Assembly (NCBI GenBank): GCA_951406725.2
Contig: OX597817.1
Location: 107,756,001 to 107,820,000, forward strand
DNA from: Octopus vulgaris
Taxonomy: Eukaryota
Direction: 5' to 3'
DNA: 64,000 nt
Part shown: positions 61,532 through 64,000 of the stretch, one piece after another
How positions within the stretch are numbered: position 1 is the stretch's first letter
How the letters are laid out: every line of letters begins with the position of its first letter
Program-made: the position numbers and the translations under genes
The notes under the pieces: generated by a model
What the model was told of the DNA's origin: nothing
The model's input: only the letters and a program-made list of their open reading frames with translations
Database searches by the model: none

Positions 61532-63946
61532 TAGATAGATAGATAGATACTTACAATTATATATATACACTTACAATTTGTTATTTGTTTAATTATAGTG
61601 AGTAAATATTTGATACCTTGTGGCTACCATTTTTTTGTTTTTCTTCTTGCAGATACGGGCAATTATAAGTGACTTTGCTGTTATCATTGCAATTATTTCC
61701 ATGGTTTTGTTAGATGCCCTCATCGATTTAGATACTCCTAAACTTAAAGTGCCTACTGAATTTAAGGTGAGCTCTCTAACTCTAAGAATCTCTTGTGTTT
61801 CACTTCTTATCTTTCATCTTTTACTTGTTTTAGTTGTTGAACTGTAACCATGCTGGAGTACTCATTTTTTTGAAGTCTGGCACTTATTCTATTGGTCTCA
61901 TTCATCAAAGTGCCAGGTTATGGGGATTTAGAGAAATCAACACCAGTTCTCAAGCAGCAGCAGCGATGGTGGTGGGCAATGGTGGAACAAGCACAAATAC
62001 AAAAGCACACTCACATACACATACATACGCACACACATGATGGGCTTCTGCGCAGTTTCCATCTACCAAATTCACTTGCAAGGCCTTAGTCAACCCAAGG
62101 CCATAGTAGAAGACACTTGCATAAGTGCTGCAGAGTGGGACTGAACTCAAAACCACTTGCTTGGAAAGCAAGCTTCTTAACTACACACCCATATTATCAT
62201 TATTATTATTATATTTTTAAAAGTTTATGTAGAAGACAAAGGATGGTGGTGTCCTGGTCTCTCTGTTTAGTGGAGTGGAGGAAAGAGAGGAAGAAACTAT
62301 GATTGACTTTTTAAATCACAGCCAGGAATTATACCTCAACAGTATTCATCCAATCGATGTAGGTATGGAAAAGTGGACATAAAATCAATGAGGATGATGC
62401 ATATATTTGTATGATTTATTTCAGATCTGTTATACTGATGGGCAGAAAGCTCAGTTTTAACAATTTTATTTTTCGTTTGTTCTGTATCAGTTTTTTTTTT
62501 TCCCCCAAATTGTTATTCTTCTGTTAAAGCACATCAGTTTCTGTCTAATTTTTTTTTATATATTTATTAATGTATTTTTTCTGCCTCCTGTTTTCTTATA
62601 GCCTACCCTACCAACCCGTGGATGGGTGGTGAATCCTTTCAAGAACCCCTGGTGGACAATACTTGCTGCCATTATCCCTGCCATGCTATGCACCATTCTT
62701 ATCTTTATGGATCAGCAGATTACTACTGTCATTGTAAATAGAAAAGAAAACAAACTGAAAGTAAGTTTACTACATTTCAGTTTTACTTTAACCCTTTAGC
62801 ACTCAGATTATTCTGTCAAATGTAATGCTTAATTATTTACATTGTTTTGAATTTATCCTGCATTATCTTGTAACTTTGAAATTTCGATGATGTGATTGTT
62901 TATGTGCAAAATGACTTTGATTGTTATAATTTTCATATTTTGGTACTAGGCCAGCAAGTACGGCGGGAGGGCATAAGTTGATTACATTGACCTCAGTGTT
63001 CTGCTGGTACTTGTTCTACATCAATATATGGTTATATTATTTTGTTTTATGCATTTGAATACTCACCACCAACTCCCCTTTTACATGCAGCAGTACATAA
63101 GTTTGTGGAACTAACATTAAAAATTCCAATGAGAATCTGTATGTTATTAATACAAGGGTTGGCTGACCAAAATACTATCATTGAATGTGACCAAATGAGG
63201 TTTATTTTCTAACACAGTCCCCTTTACAGTCCATACACTTCTTCCATTAGCACTGCAGTACTCAGATCTCATTGGTGAAGAAGGTTTCATCCTGTTGCTC
63301 AAAAAAGTCATCAACAGCAGATAGGATGAAAGGCAAAGTTGACCTTAGTGGAATTTGAACCCAGAATGTAAAGACGGATGAAATACTGCTAAAGCATTTC
63401 ACCCAGTATGCTAATGGTTCTGCCAGTTCACCACCCTCAATCAAAGCATAATATTGATTCCAGATTTTGGTACAAGGACAGAAATTTCGAGGAGGGAGCA
63501 AGTCAATTGTGTTGACCCCAGTGCTCAAGTGATATCTATTTTATCAACCCCAAAAAGATGAAAGGCAAAGTCACTAAACATTTTGGCTGGCATACTAACG
63601 ATTCTGCCAGCTCACTGCCTTCAATAAACATAATATTAACTTTTATTAACATGAAATAAAATTCTCTTTGTTTATCCTTAAATATTGCATGAAGCAAACT
63701 TTTCCAATAATAAAATTTCCATTTGATTAGTATTTTGTCACTGATGTTTCTTCCTTGTTTATTACAGAAAGGCCATGGTTACCATTTAGATCTCTTTGTA
63801 ATTGCTACCCTCATTTTAGTCTGTTCCTTCCTTGGCCTGCCATGGTTCGTGGCAGCCACTGTCCTCTCCATTACACATGTCATGAGTTTGAAAAAAGAAT
63901 CTCAATGTACAGCTCCTGGTGAAAGTCCAAAATTTCTTGGTGTTCG
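37788..63946 (+). CDS. SLC4A10-like: SLC4-family Na+-coupled bicarbonate transporter (SLC4A7/8/10, NDCBE-like), partial; join(37788..37926,45294..45454,47242..47454,48842..48996,49479..49724,54114..54260,55769..55875,56499..56673,57662..57795,59008..59491,61653..61766,62602..62760,63768..63946)
   Basis: 13 AG/GT-bounded exons with compatible phases. SLC4 motifs: [78 protein letters not shown]. Exact vertebrate orthologue cannot be assigned from this sequence. Confidence 0.95.
41570..41955 (-). mobile_element. Penelope-like element GIY-YIG endonuclease C-terminal fragment
   Basis: [39 protein letters not shown]...CLLCTTE...LLN...KC; next to a (TA)n tract. Confidence 0.7.
42213..43175 (-). mobile_element. 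RTE LINE 3' kb (RT C-terminus, UTR and tail), disrupted
   Basis: [20 protein letters not shown]...; in-frame stop; [12 protein letters not shown]...GRGRPRKTW; (atg)n tail. Confidence 0.9.
43392..43443 (+). ncRNA. Degenerate minimal hammerhead ribozyme
   Basis: gtct gTGATGA a gggatatt..aatatcct a GAAg cagct GTA agac; stems intact, two core substitutions. Confidence 0.55.
43651..44417. repeat. Compound (TA)n/(TATG) microsatellite
   Basis: Direct inspection; source of YIYI pseudo-ORFs. Confidence 0.97.
44772..44832 (-). ncRNA. Minimal type I hammerhead ribozyme with intact core
   Basis: Minus strand: atggtg CTGAAGA aagactttaggc-aatttctc-gcctacgatcta GAAAC at GTT caccat; 6-bp stem I, palindromic aacatgtt stem III. 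Confidence 0.7.
45294..45454 (+). CDS. SLC4A10-like: SLC4 exon ([27 protein letters not shown]...)
   Basis: atttcag acceptor, CAG|gtaaat donor; phase 2 to 1. Confidence 0.95.
45860..46257 (+). mobile_element. tRNA-derived SINE, young copy
   Basis: Highly similar to 22890-23327; CpGs retained. Confidence 0.88.
46362..46589. mobile_element. piggyBac-type MITE
   Basis: taaccctttagcatt / aatgctaaagggttaa. Confidence 0.78.
47242..47454 (+). CDS. SLC4A10-like: SLC4 exon ([11 protein letters not shown]...[22 protein letters not shown])
   Basis: tttaacag acceptor, ATG|gtaaat donor; phase 1 to 1. Confidence 0.93.
48842..48996 (+). CDS. SLC4A10-like: SLC4 exon, Ser/Thr-rich variable N-terminal loop ([52 protein letters not shown]); absent from the ORF track
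   Basis: ctcttttcag acceptor, AAG|gtgagt donor, open frame; needed to bridge phase 1 to phase 0. Confidence 0.88.
49479..49724 (+). CDS. SLC4A10-like: SLC4 exon ([14 protein letters not shown]...[15 protein letters not shown])
   Basis: attttcag acceptor, GAG|gttagt donor; phase 0 to 0. Confidence 0.95.
51722..52950. repeat. Compound microsatellite with a higher-order unit
   Basis: Recurrent atagatgtatgtatatacatagatatatat separated by variable (TA)n. Confidence 0.95.
53170..53265 (+). ncRNA. Hammerhead-like motif with long stem II loop
   Basis: tc CTGAAGA t tggggttgc...gcacctca t GAAAC tcgt GTA ga; stem I only 2 bp. Confidence 0.4.
53594..54062 (+). repeat. Tandem duplication (units of about 220-250 bp), each with a hammerhead-like motif
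   Basis: cttt CTGtAGA a gagc-atag-gctc GAAAC GTA aaag at 53620-53655; decayed copy at 53841-53876; shared downstream block of about 75 bp. Confidence 0.85.
54114..54260 (+). CDS. SLC4A10-like: SLC4 exon ([10 protein letters not shown]...[22 protein letters not shown])
   Basis: acacag acceptor, CAG|gtgaga donor; phase 0 to 0. Confidence 0.95.
54670..54922 (+). mobile_element. Mariner 5' fragment
   Basis: tattgggtc TIR start; [22 protein letters not shown] transposase N-terminus, truncated at a microsatellite. Confidence 0.75.
55008..55384 (+). mobile_element. RTE 3' UTR/tail fragment
   Basis: Reverse complement of 42213-42580; (atg)n tail. Confidence 0.85.
55769..55875 (+). CDS. SLC4A10-like: SLC4 exon ([36 protein letters not shown])
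   Basis: tgttgcag acceptor, ACG|gtaaat donor; ends in the conserved LxRTGR; phase 0 to 2. Confidence 0.93.
56499..56673 (+). CDS. SLC4A10-like: SLC4 exon, TM1 ([14 protein letters not shown]...[15 protein letters not shown])
   Basis: actttcag acceptor, ATG|gtaatt donor; phase 2 to 0. Confidence 0.95.
57662..57795 (+). CDS. SLC4A10-like: SLC4 exon, TM2-3 ([44 protein letters not shown])
   Basis: cttttag acceptor, TTC|gtgagt donor; phase 0 to 2; absent from the ORF track. Confidence 0.95.
59008..59491 (+). CDS. SLC4A10-like: SLC4 exon, TM4-6 with 4-Cys glycosylated extracellular loop 3
   Basis: tttccag acceptor, TCA|gtaagt donor; YITRFTEE and YVPDVF; sequons NCT, NKT, NTT, NWT. Confidence 0.95.
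59678..59837. repeat. Imperfect hairpin (MITE-like)
   Basis: aaagctata...cttggat / atccaag...tatagcttt. Confidence 0.7.
60380..60796. repeat. Arm 1 of a 417-bp inverted duplication
   Basis: Reverse complement of 62787-63203, about 7 mismatches counted by eye. Confidence 0.95.
61240..61438. mobile_element. Palindromic MITE-like hairpin
   Basis: aatgtttatcaccacatcaatatg...ggaggagcctcctccag / ctggaggaggctcctcc...catattgatgtggcaataaacatt. Confidence 0.8.
61653..61766 (+). CDS. SLC4A10-like: SLC4 exon, TM7 ([12 protein letters not shown]...[10 protein letters not shown])
   Basis: cttgcag acceptor, AAG|gtgagc donor; phase 0 to 0. Confidence 0.95.
62602..62760 (+). CDS. SLC4A10-like: SLC4 exon, TM8 ([12 protein letters not shown]...[18 protein letters not shown])
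   Basis: cttatag acceptor, AAA|gtaagt donor; phase 0 to 0; absent from the ORF track. Confidence 0.95.
62787..63203. repeat. Arm 2 of the 417-bp inverted duplication (MITE end, SINE piece and mariner-flanking sequence)
   Basis: Starts 27 nt into the intron after 62760; continues into a mariner C-terminal relic ([16 protein letters not shown], minus strand). Confidence 0.95.
63768..63946 (+). CDS. SLC4A10-like: SLC4 exon, TM9-10 (KGHGYHLDL...[10 protein letters not shown])
   Basis: attacag acceptor, TCG|gtaagt donor; phase 0 to 2. Confidence 0.95.
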
Positions 63947-64000
63947 GTAAGTTATAAAACAATTTTATTGGAATAGTTCACTGTTCTACAAAGAGATTGT

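Overview
AT-rich, microsatellite- and transposon-dense eukaryotic DNA. The SINE/RTE repertoire looks like an octopus (cephalopod) genome; this is an inference. The window is part of one + strand gene for an SLC4-family Na+-coupled bicarbonate transporter (SLC4A7/8/10, NDCBE-like). I traced 13 GT-AG exons from 37788 to 63946 that splice in one frame (2413 nt, about 804 codons); the start and end of the gene lie outside the window. A probable 39-nt microexon sits at 6786-6824. The rest is intronic: tRNA-derived SINEs, RTE LINE fragments, mariner/Tc1 relics, MITEs, foldback elements, a Penelope-like GIY-YIG fragment and long (TA)n arrays. Nearly all ORF-track entries are microsatellite artefacts. 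Main observations: (1) a 417-bp, about 98% identical inverted duplication brackets two phase-0 exons that would form a stop-free 273-nt circle; (2) several unrelated minimal hammerhead-ribozyme motifs lie beside (TA)n tracts; (3) some codons differ from the vertebrate consensus by a single A>G and are candidate A-to-I recoding sites.
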